DNA from: Opitutia bacterium
Lineage (GTDB): Bacteria; Verrucomicrobiota; Verrucomicrobiia; Opitutales; Opitutaceae
NCBI GenBank assembly: GCA_947478395.1
Contig: CANJVR010000002.1
Span: 736,001 to 800,000, forward strand
DNA length: 64,000 nt
Direction of reading: 5' to 3'
Shown here: positions 30,401 to 42,549 of the stretch, in pieces
How the letters are laid out: each line of letters begins with the position of its first letter
Numbering within the stretch: position 1 is the first letter of the stretch
Program-made: the position numbers and the translations under genes
The notes under the pieces: model-generated
The model's input: only the letters and a program-made list of their open reading frames with translations
Told to the model about the DNA's origin: nothing
Databases searched by the model: none

Positions 30401-30524
30401 TGGCAGGCGTGGTGCTCGCGTCAGCCGGAGCAGTCTGGGCCGTCGCCACAGAGAAGATGGCACTCATAGCGCCAACGAGGAGAATACAGCGGCAGAGCGC
30501 CGCCGATCGGTTTGGGGGAGTCAT
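27432..30524 (-). CDS. TonB-dependent outer-membrane receptor (paralog of 17584-20601)
   Basis: Signal peptide; TIVLTPFQV TonB box; ISVMTKEFMDD, DSYNTERFEFQRGP, FQLNVTNVL; ends DPRKFTFTTTVNF. Confidence 0.88.
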   Translation of the reverse strand: MTPPNRSAALCRCILLVGAMSAIFSVATAQTAPADASTTPAKPNAATAAPTPSKASETIVLTPFQVSTDKDVGYAAGNTLSGGRVDTPLATTPGSISVMTKEFMDDFNITDMNQAGGFSIGFDLGVSVPNSDPSSTSVYQNIVRGASPADNFPTRNGAVNFGAADSYNTERFEFQRGPDTSMFGDGGPGGRQGSSSKKATFNRTQTNVTTQVDSWNGYRGTFDYSKGWDRVGLRFNALYQNAPGFQSGTDKIKKAWTMNVVGKLTKNTQITFEYERANEWNSLWSITNGDTQNLWDGATINNDNSALLTNNATLLNAQGLERLTVGANGSAPNMFVYNFATNSMMDYGGNQYRTRGLIYSGNAMRIPYVGNPYLLAVPARRASIRNIDPRFKAAPKDNVAARDTDTGSINLEHRVGNLFLRMGVSTNNFDNNTIWSNLSANALILDVNKLLPDGQLNPRFLQPFTDVEQNNLYSEDATKEINGLASYRFFVPRWWDYKQQVSVNVSSNKRVGENRTSAWRRVDNPTTTSGVTSIDPFNNANKFFYRVYWNDPRPALSKLLTDPNKVVSTGTWKYVDTGGAITERTIKQASVTSQSAFFNEKLVLTGSFSKTQSSVANRSRIAALTLANTATYTNVLGTDGIAGKALTRKADPTSVAYGLVTYPFQFQSGGLMKTLLSPLGFVVNIAENTQVPNSGALNPLLSGAEPPLTRSETKDYGLRYSVPNGVAYLTVSHYKTTQRDIASGFGSAGDIANIWLNLGYTDPKLITTTTGSGFAYSDPSSRRLEGWEAELTANPTREITLSINYSHPLTYVLSESEARKAYVAKNRAEWEAGAKAAAGSSLNGRTILDPGTIATALTSIDNSLLGLTTGTLDNGTTTHRINVTGRYRFSGGPLKGLALNGGVQYRSHQKSGSLDPQLKFNTTTPTVAQNTAAAYDYLWVPPNWKSGVVAGANYTTRIGKYQYRFQLNVTNVLDSRDPIWGRSGPSGNTGNAYLTLTQNALFAGNARSQILASFVNPDPRKFTFTTTVNF

Positions 30525-30944
30525 AGTTTAGGTGGAACGAAGAAACTGTTCAAACGGGACGCTGACAGGTGAAGAACAACCTTTACAGCGCTTGCATTGG
30601 GGTGGGCGCGCTGCGAAGGCCGATCAGTTCAGCGACTGCTTTTAGGCAGACCGGGTATGAGGACCCGCCTCGGCTACCGATAACAATCCGGCATTGGTAT
30701 TACCCTGAACTATGCCTTTTGTAATAGCTCAGGTCGGGCAGCTGCTTGAGGCTTAAGCCGTCAACGTTCCGGAGAAAAATCAGCGTACGAATCCAAACGT
30801 AAAGGTCGCTGCGAAAAGAATAGGCGGACTCCTCAAGGCGAGATCAACGCTGCTGAACTACGACCTGCACTCGTGAAACCGTGAGGCCGCACACGGCGAT
30901 TCAGGGGCTATGGCTGTAGTCATATCCAAAGATATGCCATATGA

Positions 30945-32354
<1,410 letters not shown>

Positions 32355-32470
32355 TGGATCGCCGCTTCCGCACGAGTCACTAGACGGGCCGCGGACGGCG
32401 CATCGCCTTCTGACTGATTTAAACCCAAAATACTGCCAAAGTAATCTCTTCCATCCACCGAACTCGCTTT

Positions 32471-34861
32471 ATGATCCTTCAATCCCACCGCCGCGTCGGC
32501 GTTCGCTCCGTTTCCGGTGGGCGCGGTTTCGGCCTGACGCTATATTTACTGCTGGCAGCCGTCCTGGCGTCTCCAATCTACACCTACGCAGCGGATGAGT
32601 TGAAACTTTGGTATCGCCAGCCCGCCGCTCAATGGGTGGAGGCGCTGCCGGTCGGCAACGGGCGACTGGGTGGCATGGTTTTTGGCGGCATTGAGCAGGA
32701 GCGGATTCAGCTCAACGAAGACACGCTCTGGGCGGGCGGTCCTTACAATCCGGCCAACCCAGAGGCCAAGGCGGCCCTACCCGAAATCCGCCGTCTGATC
32801 GCTGCCGGTGAAACGCAGGCCGCGCAAAATCTCGTGCAGGCGAAATTCATGGCGCGTCCGCTCACGCAGGTGCCTTACCAAACCCTCGGCGATTTGTTGA
32901 TCACGATGGCCGGCGGCGATGCGGTGCGCTCCTACCGGCGCGAACTCGATCTCGACTCGGCCGTCGCGCGCACCGAATTTCAAATCGGCGCCGGGCGCCA
33001 CGTGCGCGAGGTTTTCGCCTCGGCGCCCGATCAAGTCATCGTGGTCCAGCTCTCCGGGAGCCGGCTCTCCCTCACCCTCGCGCTCCAATCGCCGCAACGC
33101 TCTGCGATCCGCGTCGAAGATGGCAACACCCTCGTCATGTCCGGGATCAACGGTGACATAAACGGGATCAAGGGCGCTTTGAAATTTGAAACCCGCGCCG
33201 CCGTGACGACGACCGGCGGACAGATCGTCGCCGACGCCGGCCAAATTCACATTTCGGGCGCCTCCACGGTTACGATCGTGATCGCCGCGGCAACCAGCTT
33301 TCGTCGGTACGATGATGTCAGCGGCGACCCCGCCGCACTGACGACGCAAGCGCTGGCCGCGGTGAAAAATAAAAGCTACGCGGAGCTGCGTGAACGCGCC
33401 GTGGCCGCGCACCAGCAGATGTTTCGCCGCGTCGCGCTCGACCTCGGCCACAATGAGACCGCCGAGAAACTCCCGACCGACGAACGCGTGCGCCAGTCCC
33501 AAACGACCGAAGATCCGGCCCTCGCTGCGCTGTATTTTCAGTATGGTCGCTACCTGCTCGTCAGTTCTTCGCGCCCCGGCACGCAGCCCGCAAATTTGCA
33601 GGGCATCTGGAACGACAGCCTGAATCCACCGTGGGGCAGCAAATACACGATCAACATCAACACGGAGATGAATTATTGGCCGGCCGAGAGCACCAACCTC
33701 GCCGAATCTGCCGAGCCGCTGCTCGATTTGGTCAAGGACCTTTCTGAAACCGGCGCCCGTCTCGCCCGGGAGCACTACGGCGTGGACCGCGGCTGGGTGA
33801 CGCATCACAACACCGACCTCTGGCGCGCCTCCGGCCCAATCGATGGGGCGCAATTTGGCACGTGGCCCACCGGCGGAGCCTGGCTCTCGGTTCATCTTTG
33901 GCAGCATTTTCTCTACACCGGCGATCGGGCGTGGCTCGCGCGCGCTTATCCCCTGATGAAAGGAGCCGCCGAATTTTTTCTCCAGGCGCTCGTTGAGGAA
34001 AAATCGCATGGCTGGCTGGTGACCAGCCCCTCGATGTCGCCGGAAAACAATCATCATCGCGGCGTCGCGGTCACGCAGGGACCGACGATGGACAACGCGA
34101 TCCTCCGCGACTTATTCGATGCTTGTATCGCTTCCGCGCGTATCCTCGGTATCGATGCGGACTTCGCCGCACAGGCCCGCACGGTGCGCGACCGCCTGCC
34201 GCCTTATCAAATCGGGGCGCAGGGCCAGTTGCAGGAGTGGCTGGAGGACTGGGATGCCGGCGCTCCGGAGCAGCGTCACCGCCACGTTTCCCACCTTTAC
34301 GGATTCTTTCCAAGCAACCAGATCACGCTCCGCGGCACGCCGCAGCTCTCCGCCGCCGTGAAAAACACGCTCGAGACGCGCGGCGATCTTTCCACGGGCT
34401 GGGCGATCGCGTGGCGGCTGAACCTCTGGGCGCGGATGCAGGACGCCGAGCGCACGCACAAAATTCTCCTGGGTTTGCTCAGCCCGCAACGCACTTATCC
34501 GAATCTCTTCGACGCGCACCCACCCTTCCAGATCGACGGCAACTTCGGGGGCACCGCCGCGATCGCCGAGATGCTGCTGCAGTCGCACATGCCGCTTTCG
34601 CCCGAACGCTTGCAGCCTTCTGGCGCGCCAGCCTTCGAACTCGAACTCCTGCCGACTCTCCCCAAAGCGTGGTCGACGGGCAGCGTGACGGGCCTGCGGG
34701 CGCGCGGCGGCTTCGCGGTCGATCTCGCGTGGCACGATGGACGTCTCACGACCGCGACGATCCGCTCGCCATCCGGCGGCAGTACACGTCTGCGTTATGG
34801 CAACGCGACGCGCGAGATCGCTCTCGGCGCGGGCGAAACCATCACTTGGGACGGACGTTAA
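32471..34861 (+). CDS. Glycoside hydrolase family 95 (alpha-L-fucosidase / alpha-L-galactosidase)
   Basis: [53 protein letters not shown] and FQIDGNFG motifs. Confidence 0.93.
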   Translation: MILQSHRRVGVRSVSGGRGFGLTLYLLLAAVLASPIYTYAADELKLWYRQPAAQWVEALPVGNGRLGGMVFGGIEQERIQLNEDTLWAGGPYNPANPEAKAALPEIRRLIAAGETQAAQNLVQAKFMARPLTQVPYQTLGDLLITMAGGDAVRSYRRELDLDSAVARTEFQIGAGRHVREVFASAPDQVIVVQLSGSRLSLTLALQSPQRSAIRVEDGNTLVMSGINGDINGIKGALKFETRAAVTTTGGQIVADAGQIHISGASTVTIVIAAATSFRRYDDVSGDPAALTTQALAAVKNKSYAELRERAVAAHQQMFRRVALDLGHNETAEKLPTDERVRQSQTTEDPALAALYFQYGRYLLVSSSRPGTQPANLQGIWNDSLNPPWGSKYTININTEMNYWPAESTNLAESAEPLLDLVKDLSETGARLAREHYGVDRGWVTHHNTDLWRASGPIDGAQFGTWPTGGAWLSVHLWQHFLYTGDRAWLARAYPLMKGAAEFFLQALVEEKSHGWLVTSPSMSPENNHHRGVAVTQGPTMDNAILRDLFDACIASARILGIDADFAAQARTVRDRLPPYQIGAQGQLQEWLEDWDAGAPEQRHRHVSHLYGFFPSNQITLRGTPQLSAAVKNTLETRGDLSTGWAIAWRLNLWARMQDAERTHKILLGLLSPQRTYPNLFDAHPPFQIDGNFGGTAAIAEMLLQSHMPLSPERLQPSGAPAFELELLPTLPKAWSTGSVTGLRARGGFAVDLAWHDGRLTTATIRSPSGGSTRLRYGNATREIALGAGETITWDGR

Positions 34862-34871
34862 TTATTCCACG

Positions 34872-36998
34872 GTGACGAAATCCGGATTCTCTCTCGCTGC
34901 GGTTTTGTTTCTGCCCGGCTTCGGCGCCGGCTTGAGCCCAACGCCGGCCTCGGCCGCCGATCGCAGCGCAGCGGTCGCCACGCGCCATTGGACGGCCGAC
35001 AACGGGAACGGCACCTACTCCAATCCACTCTTCCACGAGGAATTCGAGGATCCCGACGTGATTCGGGTCGGCGACGACTACTATCTCGCCGGTACGACCA
35101 TGCACATGATGCCCGCCGTGCAGCTGATGCATTCGAAGGACCTGGTGAATTGGGAGCTGGCTGGCTACTGCGCCGACCAGCTCGACCTCGGCCCGAACTA
35201 TCGCCTCGAAAACGGCAACATCTACGGTCGCGGCATTTGGGCCCCGTGCCTCCGCTATCACAACGGGACATTCTATGTTTTCACCAACGTCAACGGCGCC
35301 GGTCTCCAAGTTTTCCAGTCCAAATCGATCAAGGGCCCGTGGGAACATCATCAGCTGCCTGGCCGGCACGACTTGTCCGTGCTCTTCGACGACGACGGAA
35401 AAATCTACATCATCTCGGGCAACAACGCGCCCTACCCAATCGAAGAACTGACGCCGGACCTGCAGGGTTTCGTCCCAAACGTAAAGCACCCGCTCATCGT
35501 CCCGACCGGCTCCCGGATGGGCGAAGGCCATCACCTCTACAAAATCAAAGGCAAATACGTCGACGTCTCCGCGATCCCCGGCGGCGCCGTAAATCAGATG
35601 GTCGCTATTGCCGATTCGATCGACGGCCCGTGGACGGTCACAACGATGGTCGAGGGCGAGTCGCTCGGCGTGCCCAGTGGGACACCCGCTCGCGCCGCTC
35701 CCGACAACCGCGGACTGTGGCTCCATCAAGGAGGCATGGTGGACACGCCGGCCGGTGAATGGTGGAGCATCATCATGTCGGATCACGGCAGCGCCGGCCG
35801 CATGGTGTCACTCGTGCCGGTCACATGGGACAACGGCTTTCCCCTGATCGGCCTTCCCGGCAATCTCCGCCGCGCGCCAAACACCTGGCTCAAACCCAAT
35901 ACCGGCGTGAAGCAAAATCCCGCGCCAGCCTTCGTGCACGACGACAATTTCAATGCGGGCAAACTCAACCTCGAGTGGCAGTGGAACCACGCTCCCGACG
36001 ACACGAAATGGTCGCTCGCGGAAAAGCCGGGCGCGCTCCGTCTCCATTCACTCCCAGCCCCGAGTTTTTACCTCGCGCGCAATACAATCTGCCAGCGACC
36101 ACCCGGGCCCGAGTCCATCATGACGGTCGAACTCGACACCGCCGGCATGATCGCCGGCGATACCGCCGGACTAGGACTGTTGAGCACGCCGTACGCCTGG
36201 ATCGGCGTCGTGAAATCGATCAACGGCACTACGCTGCAAATGGTCCAAGGCACCACCGGCGGAGGGCGACGCGGCGGTCCACCGGCGCCTCCGACCGTCA
36301 CGGCCACCGACGGTCCATCGAACCCGCCGAAGCATCTTTGGCTGCGCGCGGAATGTAATTTCGACACCGATCAGACGGTTTTCAGTTGGAGCGCAGACGG
36401 CCGCGAGTTCGCGAAGTTGGGCGCGCCGTTCACGACGACCTTTCAACTGACAACATTCCAAGGCGTGCGTCCGGCGCTGTTCCACTTCAACACGACAGGG
36501 CAGCCGGGCGGCTACGTCGATTTCGACAACTACAGCGTCGATGAACCTCGCGCTCGCCGCCTCGAGCGCGAGATTCCCGCGGACGAAATCGTCGCGTTTT
36601 CGAGCGGTGCCGACGGCAGCTTCCTCGCGGCCAACTCTGATAACAGCGAGCTGTTCAACGTCACCGCCGAGGCCGCGGGTCCGGTCCCGGCGAATGCGAA
36701 ATTTCGGGTGATCGATCTGGGTCTGGGCCGCGTGGCACTCCAGGCGGCAAACGGATATTTCGTTTCGGTGCTCGGAGAGCAAACGGTCCTCAAAGACCTC
36801 CGCTCCGCCAAGCCCGGCGAGGCCGAATCGTTTCAATGGGTTAACCTCCTGCGCGGCGACACCCTGCTCATGTCACTCACGAATCACCGATATCTCGCGA
36901 CGAAGCCAAACACTCCTGGCCGCGTAACCGTCACCTCGCTTGGCGCCAGCCCGGCGCGGAAAAGCGGGGCGGAGTTCAAATGGAAAATCGTCGAATAA
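34872..36998 (+). CDS. Secreted GH43 (beta-xylosidase/arabinofuranosidase) with C-terminal beta-sandwich and fascin-like domain
   Basis: NPL..EFEDPDVIRVGDDYY, HSKDLVNW, GIWAP, EGHH and WQWNH motifs; beta-trefoil-like tail. GTG start at 34872 inferred from the signal peptide. Confidence 0.85.
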   Translation: MTKSGFSLAAVLFLPGFGAGLSPTPASAADRSAAVATRHWTADNGNGTYSNPLFHEEFEDPDVIRVGDDYYLAGTTMHMMPAVQLMHSKDLVNWELAGYCADQLDLGPNYRLENGNIYGRGIWAPCLRYHNGTFYVFTNVNGAGLQVFQSKSIKGPWEHHQLPGRHDLSVLFDDDGKIYIISGNNAPYPIEELTPDLQGFVPNVKHPLIVPTGSRMGEGHHLYKIKGKYVDVSAIPGGAVNQMVAIADSIDGPWTVTTMVEGESLGVPSGTPARAAPDNRGLWLHQGGMVDTPAGEWWSIIMSDHGSAGRMVSLVPVTWDNGFPLIGLPGNLRRAPNTWLKPNTGVKQNPAPAFVHDDNFNAGKLNLEWQWNHAPDDTKWSLAEKPGALRLHSLPAPSFYLARNTICQRPPGPESIMTVELDTAGMIAGDTAGLGLLSTPYAWIGVVKSINGTTLQMVQGTTGGGRRGGPPAPPTVTATDGPSNPPKHLWLRAECNFDTDQTVFSWSADGREFAKLGAPFTTTFQLTTFQGVRPALFHFNTTGQPGGYVDFDNYSVDEPRARRLEREIPADEIVAFSSGADGSFLAANSDNSELFNVTAEAAGPVPANAKFRVIDLGLGRVALQAANGYFVSVLGEQTVLKDLRSAKPGEAESFQWVNLLRGDTLLMSLTNHRYLATKPNTPGRVTVTSLGASPARKSGAEFKWKIVE

Positions 36999-37030
36999 AC
37001 GGCAACCGCGTTCACCCTAAAAAACCCCCC

Positions 37031-38236
37031 ATGTCTAATCCTGCAAAAATCTTGGTGCTCCTCGCCGTCGCTCTGACCGGCCTTGCGGCGCTTCCCGCTC
37101 GAATCCTTGCCCAACCCGCCGCCGCGCCCGCCAGCTCGGCTTCACCTGCGGCGGCCGCTCCAACGGCCGCGCCAACTACGACTCCGCCCGCCACACCGGC
37201 GGCGCGCCGCGGCCCGCCGCCCGTCGATCTCGGACCGCTGCCGGACGTTCACGCGGCCGTTCCGAACACGCTACCCGGCCTGCTCGGCAAGCCTTTGAAA
37301 TGGGTGTCGACCGCTCCGTTGGTCGTCCCGGTCAATGATGGGACGCACACCCTCGAGTCCATCAAAGATCCGACGATCGCGTTCATCGACGGCAAGTGGG
37401 AAATCTACGCGACTGCGCACATGACGAGTCCGACGTCGAAGAACACCTTCAACATGGTCCATCTCAGTTTCGCCGATTGGAAGGACGCGCCGAAGGCTCC
37501 GCTGTTCTACATGGACAACAATCCCAACTTCACCGGCTACAAGTGCGCGCCGGAGCTGTTTTATTTCCCGCCGCAGAAGAAATGGTATTTCACGTTTCAG
37601 ACGCAGCCGCCGGTGTTCTGCACCAGCGCCACGCCCGGCGATCCCAACTCCTGGACAAAGCCAGAACCGTTCTTCGCTCCGGGCACGCCGATGCCGCGGC
37701 TGCCGATCGACTATCATTTCATCGGGGACGGACAACACATGTATATGTTCTTCACGGGCGACGACGGTAATTTTTATCGGAGCCGGACCACCTACGCCGA
37801 ATTTCCCAAAGGTTTTAGCCAGCCGGTCGTCGCGATGCGCGGGACGCGAAACACCGTTTTCGAAGCCAGCTTCACCTACAAGATCAAGGGCACCGAAAAA
37901 TATCTGACGTTGGTCGAGGCCCTCGGAGCGGGCCGCTATTATCGCGCCTACGTCGCGGACAAACTCGATGGCGAGTGGTTTCCGGTCGAAGGTTTCGACA
38001 CGCCGGAAAACCCATTCGCGGGCAAAGCGAATATCGCTTTCGAACCGGGCGTAGCGCCATGGTCGGGCCAAGTCAGTCACGGCGAGCTGGTCCGCGAAAC
38101 GAACGACGAGCGGATGATGCTCGACCCGAACAATCTGATGTTCCTGTACCAGGGAATCGGCGACGCCGAGAACAAAGGCGATTACGGCGCGCTGCCCTAC
38201 AAGCTGGGTCTACTTCGCGCGGTGCGGGGCAATTAA
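37031..38236 (+). CDS. Secreted GH62 alpha-L-arabinofuranosidase
   Basis: SIKDPT, CAPELFYF.P.KKWY, IDY..IGD...YMFF.GD.G..YRS, FEAS.TYK, SHGELVR and LPYKLGLL motifs. Confidence 0.88.
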   Translation: MSNPAKILVLLAVALTGLAALPARILAQPAAAPASSASPAAAAPTAAPTTTPPATPAARRGPPPVDLGPLPDVHAAVPNTLPGLLGKPLKWVSTAPLVVPVNDGTHTLESIKDPTIAFIDGKWEIYATAHMTSPTSKNTFNMVHLSFADWKDAPKAPLFYMDNNPNFTGYKCAPELFYFPPQKKWYFTFQTQPPVFCTSATPGDPNSWTKPEPFFAPGTPMPRLPIDYHFIGDGQHMYMFFTGDDGNFYRSRTTYAEFPKGFSQPVVAMRGTRNTVFEASFTYKIKGTEKYLTLVEALGAGRYYRAYVADKLDGEWFPVEGFDTPENPFAGKANIAFEPGVAPWSGQVSHGELVRETNDERMMLDPNNLMFLYQGIGDAENKGDYGALPYKLGLLRAVRGN

Positions 38237-38263
38237 TTTCGCGCGAACCGTCTTTTACGCTCC

Positions 38264-39436
38264 ATGAAAGTAATCAAGTTGTCCGCGTTGCTCACCGCCG
38301 TTGCGGCATGGGTTGGAATTGGAAATGCCGCTGAGCCGGGGCCATCGACTTCGGTGCGGCCAAAGTCCGGCACAGAAATCGTGACTCGTTTGGAAAAGCC
38401 GACGAGGGCTGGCAAACTCGACGAGCGAGACATGGCGGGCTACCTGCTCGTCTATTTCAAAGACGAGACGCACTCCGCCTACTTCGCGATCAGCCGCGAC
38501 GGTTATTCGTTTACCGATATCAACGGCGGCCAGCCGGTTTTAAACGGCGCCGACATCGCCGAGCAGAAGGGCGTGCGCGACCCGCACATCGCGCGCGGGC
38601 CCGATGGCGCGTTTTATCTGAGCATGACGGATCTGCACGTGAACGGTCAGCGCGCCGGCGTCCGCACCACCCCGTGGGAGCGACCTGAGCCGCAATACGG
38701 CTGGGGCAACAACCGCGCTCTTGTGCTGATGAAGTCCTTCGACCTCGTCCACTGGACGCATGCCGATTTCCGGATCGACCAGGCCTTTCCGGAGTTCGCC
38801 GAGGTCGGCTGCATCTGGGCACCGCAGACGATCTTTGACGAGGCCAAGGGGAAAATGATGATCTACTTTACCGCGAAGATCGGTCGCGGCGTCGACGACC
38901 TTTACTCCGCCTACACCGACGATGCGTTCACCAAGATCGAGACCAAGCCCGAGCGTTACTTCCATTTTCCATACCCGGACGGCCCGCTCTCCGACGACGT
39001 ACGCAATAAGCACCACGTGATCGACGGCGACATCACGAAAGTGGGCGACAAGTTCCACCTGTTCTATTCCTCGAAGGAAAACGGCACGCCCGGCATCGAG
39101 CATGCGGTTTCCGACAAGATCAACGCGGGCTACCCGATCGTGCAGAAGCGCGTCGATCCCGAGACGTTCGCGTGCGAAGCGCCCAACGTTTTCAAGCGGA
39201 TCGGCACTGACACCTACGTGTTGATGTATGACGCCTACGGCGCGCCCGGCGGCGGCAACATGGGCTTCGCCGAGACGACCGATTTCGTCACATTCAAGAA
39301 CATCGGCCTCTTCAACGCCGGCGCCATGAAAGGCACCAACTTCAACCGCCCGAAACACGGCGCGGTCATGCATCTCACCCTCGATGAATTGAAGTCCGTC
39401 GCCGCACACTGGGGCGTCGACTTCCAATCGAAATGA
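38264..39436 (+). CDS. Secreted GH43-like five-bladed beta-propeller glycosidase
   Basis: YLLVYF, FAISRDG, GVRDPHI.RG.DG.FY, IWAPQT, IDGDI, CEAP and RPKHG motifs. Confidence 0.83.
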   Translation: MKVIKLSALLTAVAAWVGIGNAAEPGPSTSVRPKSGTEIVTRLEKPTRAGKLDERDMAGYLLVYFKDETHSAYFAISRDGYSFTDINGGQPVLNGADIAEQKGVRDPHIARGPDGAFYLSMTDLHVNGQRAGVRTTPWERPEPQYGWGNNRALVLMKSFDLVHWTHADFRIDQAFPEFAEVGCIWAPQTIFDEAKGKMMIYFTAKIGRGVDDLYSAYTDDAFTKIETKPERYFHFPYPDGPLSDDVRNKHHVIDGDITKVGDKFHLFYSSKENGTPGIEHAVSDKINAGYPIVQKRVDPETFACEAPNVFKRIGTDTYVLMYDAYGAPGGGNMGFAETTDFVTFKNIGLFNAGAMKGTNFNRPKHGAVMHLTLDELKSVAAHWGVDFQSK

Positions 39437-39496
39437 TGTCGCCGTCTGTTTTTTGTTAACCCGCACCTGCTCCACCCCAACCGCTCCCACCCTATT

Positions 39497-40906
39497 ATGT
39501 CCCGCCCCTCCCCATCTGATGGCCTGAAAACTTCTGAATACATCGGCTACGCCCTCGGCGACACCGCTTCGAATTTCTTTTTCCAGACGTTTAATATTTT
39601 CCTCACCTACTACTACGTCGATGTATGGGGCATAGCAGCGACGACGTTGCTTTGGTTATTCCCAGTGGTGCGGGCTTTCGGTGCTTTCGATGACGTGATC
39701 ATGGGACTGATCGCTGATCGCACCAACACACGGTGGGGGAAATTCAGACCTTATCTTTTATTTGGCGCCATCCCCTACGGCATCTGCGGCTACCTGATGT
39801 TTGCCGGTCCGAGTTTGAGCGCCAACGGGAAGGTCATCTACGCCTTTGTTACTTACGCGCTGATGCTCATCAGCTACACGGTGATCAACGTGCCCTACTC
39901 CGCCATGCTCGGAGTGATCAGCCCTTCGCCCCGCACGCGCACGGTCGCGTCCACCTATCGTTTCGTCGGTGCCTTTGGAGCGGCATTCTTAATCTCTCTG
40001 CTGGTTCGCCCGATGGTAAAATACCTTGGGGCCGAGAGTGAAGTTCGCGGGTTTCAACTTACGATCGGGATCTTCGCCGTCCTCTCAATTGCACTGATCT
40101 TGATCACCTTCGCCACGACGAAGGAGCGGGTTACCCCACCGCCACAGCAGAAAACCAACGTGCGCGAGGAGCTGGGCGAACTGTTCAAAAACTGGCCGTG
40201 GGTCGTGCTCCTCATCACCTCGATCTTCTCCAACGCCTTTGCGGCGCTGCGCTCGGGCAGCACCATATTCTATTTCAAATATGTCCAGGGCTACGACTCC
40301 ACGCCGTACCTGTGGTGGCTGGACCGCACCACGGTGTTTCTGGCCAGCGGCGCCTTGGGCCTGGTGCTCGGGACGCTTTGCCTCGGCCCCATCGCCCGCA
40401 AAATCGACAAGAAATATTACGCCGCCACACTCAGCCTGGTCACCGGTTTGAGTTTCCTGGGTTTCTTCTTCGTGCCGAATGGGCAGTTCGGCCTGATGAT
40501 TGCCGTTAACATGCTCGCCCAGTTCTGCGCCGGGCCGACCTCGGCGCTGACGTGGGCGCTCTATGGCGACGTGGCCGACTACGGAGAACACAAGTACGGG
40601 CGTCGCTCCACCGGCCTGGTTTACTCGGCGTCACTCTTCTCCATCAAGACAGGCATCCTCATCGGCGGCTTTCTCGTTCCGCTGTTCTTGGATCGGTTTG
40701 GATACATCAAAGGCGCGGCAACCCAAACAGCCCACGCTCTCCTCGGCATCACCATCGCGTTTTCGCTCGGGCCTGCATTTTTCGCCCTGCTCAAATGTGT
40801 CGCGCTTATCATCTATCCCCTGAACCAGAAACGGGTGGATGAAATTGAGAAAGATCTCACCGCGCGCCGCGCCGCTTTGCCCCCGTCTGCGCCCACCTCA
40901 GCATGA
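39497..40906 (+). CDS. MFS glycoside-pentoside-hexuronide (GPH) symporter, probable xyloside/xylo-oligosaccharide uptake
   Basis: GYALGDTASN, MGLIADRT.TRWGKFRP, INVPYSA, TKERV and DVADY motifs; about 12 hydrophobic segments; overlaps the xylosidase start. Confidence 0.9.
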   Translation: MSRPSPSDGLKTSEYIGYALGDTASNFFFQTFNIFLTYYYVDVWGIAATTLLWLFPVVRAFGAFDDVIMGLIADRTNTRWGKFRPYLLFGAIPYGICGYLMFAGPSLSANGKVIYAFVTYALMLISYTVINVPYSAMLGVISPSPRTRTVASTYRFVGAFGAAFLISLLVRPMVKYLGAESEVRGFQLTIGIFAVLSIALILITFATTKERVTPPPQQKTNVREELGELFKNWPWVVLLITSIFSNAFAALRSGSTIFYFKYVQGYDSTPYLWWLDRTTVFLASGALGLVLGTLCLGPIARKIDKKYYAATLSLVTGLSFLGFFFVPNGQFGLMIAVNMLAQFCAGPTSALTWALYGDVADYGEHKYGRRSTGLVYSASLFSIKTGILIGGFLVPLFLDRFGYIKGAATQTAHALLGITIAFSLGPAFFALLKCVALIIYPLNQKRVDEIEKDLTARRAALPPSAPTSA

Positions 40907-42540
40907 CCATCCACAATCCCATCCTCCCCGGTTTCAACCCCGACCCTTCAATCGTACGCGTCGGTGACGATTTTTACGTCGCGACCTCGACCTTCGAGTG
41001 GTTTCCCGGCGTGCAGATCCACCACTCACGCGATCTCGTCCACTGGCGGCTCCTTTCGCGCCCACTCACCCGCCCGAGCCAACTCAACATGCTCGGCGAC
41101 GCTGATTCATGCGGGGTCTGGGCACCGTGCCTCACCTACGCCGACGGACTCTTCTGGCTCATCTACACCGACGTGAAACGCTACGGCCGCACCACGGTCG
41201 GCGGCGCGAGCGGTGCTTCACTCCGTGACTTTCACAACTACCTCGTCACCTGCCCGACGATCGACGGCGAGTGGTCCGATCCCATTTATCTCAACAGCAG
41301 CGGTTTCGATCCCTCGCTGTTTCACGACAACAATGGGAAAAAATATCTGCTTAATCAGCTCTGGGATCACCGTCCCGGTAAAAATCGTTTCAACGGCATC
41401 GTTCTCCAGGAATACTCCGTCCCGGAACGCAAGCTGATCGGCGAACGGAAACACATTTTTGCCGGCACCGCCATCGGGCTCACGGAAGGCCCGCACGTGT
41501 ACCAGCGCGGCGGATATTATCACCTGCTCGTCGCCGAGGGCGGGACCAGCTGGGGCCACGCGGTCACGATGGCGCGTTCCCGCTCGCTGACGGGCCCGTA
41601 CGAATTACACCCCGACACTCACGTGCTCACGGCACGTCATCGTCCCGACGTCGAGCTTCAGCGCGCGGGCCACGCCGACCTCGTCGAAACGCAGCACGGC
41701 GAACCCTACATGGTCTTTCTTTGCGGCCGCCCATTGCGCAATCGCGGTCGCTGCACGCTCGGACGCGAAACCGCGATTCAGAAAATGCAATGGTGCGCCG
41801 ATGGCTGGCTCCGCACGGCCGACGGCACCGGACTCCCGTCCGTTGAAGTCACAGCTCCCACCCTGCCGGCCTATCCATTTCCCGCCGAACTTACGCGCAT
41901 GGATTTCGACACGCCGCAGTTGCCGATTCACTTCCAGTGGCTCCGCTCGCCGCATCCTCAGGAAATTTTTTCACTCACCGCGCGCCCCGGGCACCTCCGG
42001 CTCATCGGTCGGGAAACGATCGGAAGTCAGTTCAAGCAATCGCTCGTCGCGCGCCGCCAACAAGCGCACTGCTACAGTGCGTCCACGATGATCGAGTTCG
42101 AGCCGCAACACTATCAGCAGTGCGCCGGTCTCGTGTGCTACTACAACAGCGCCAAGTTTCACTACCTTTACCTTTCGCACGACGAGGCCATCGGAAAACA
42201 CCTGCGCGTGATGACCTGCACCCCCGATTCACCGCAGACGGATTCGTTTACGGCTCCAATCGCAATTCCCGCCGGTGTCCGCGTGGAACTTCGCGCCGAA
42301 ACCGATCACGAGCGACTGCTGTTCGCCTATCGGGTCGAGGGCCGCGACGCCGCCTGGCAATGGCTACCACAACAATTCGATGCGAGCATTCTATCCGATG
42401 AGGCCACCGCGCCCGGCCAGCCTAATTTCACGGGCACGTTTGTCGGGGTAGCTTGCCAGGACATGTCCGGCACAGCCTTTCACGCCGACTTCGACTGGTT
42501 CGAATATCGCGAGCGGGATTTCCTGCCGACGGTTGTCTAG
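40903..42540 (+). CDS. xynB: Cytoplasmic GH43 beta-xylosidase
   Basis: NPILPGFNPDPSI, ATSTFEWFPG, GVWAP, GFDPSLFHD, TEGPH, LGRET, ARRQQ and FTGTFVG motifs; no signal peptide. Confidence 0.88.
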   Translation: MTIHNPILPGFNPDPSIVRVGDDFYVATSTFEWFPGVQIHHSRDLVHWRLLSRPLTRPSQLNMLGDADSCGVWAPCLTYADGLFWLIYTDVKRYGRTTVGGASGASLRDFHNYLVTCPTIDGEWSDPIYLNSSGFDPSLFHDNNGKKYLLNQLWDHRPGKNRFNGIVLQEYSVPERKLIGERKHIFAGTAIGLTEGPHVYQRGGYYHLLVAEGGTSWGHAVTMARSRSLTGPYELHPDTHVLTARHRPDVELQRAGHADLVETQHGEPYMVFLCGRPLRNRGRCTLGRETAIQKMQWCADGWLRTADGTGLPSVEVTAPTLPAYPFPAELTRMDFDTPQLPIHFQWLRSPHPQEIFSLTARPGHLRLIGRETIGSQFKQSLVARRQQAHCYSASTMIEFEPQHYQQCAGLVCYYNSAKFHYLYLSHDEAIGKHLRVMTCTPDSPQTDSFTAPIAIPAGVRVELRAETDHERLLFAYRVEGRDAAWQWLPQQFDASILSDEATAPGQPNFTGTFVGVACQDMSGTAFHADFDWFEYRERDFLPTVV

Positions 42541-42549
42541 CGATTAATG

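Noticed and set aside
39540..40100. Apparently AT-richer 5' part of the MFS gene as a mosaic patch
   Set aside because: Spot counts of one 60-nt line each in the 5' and middle parts both gave about 50% GC, which hydrophobic/aromatic codons explain.
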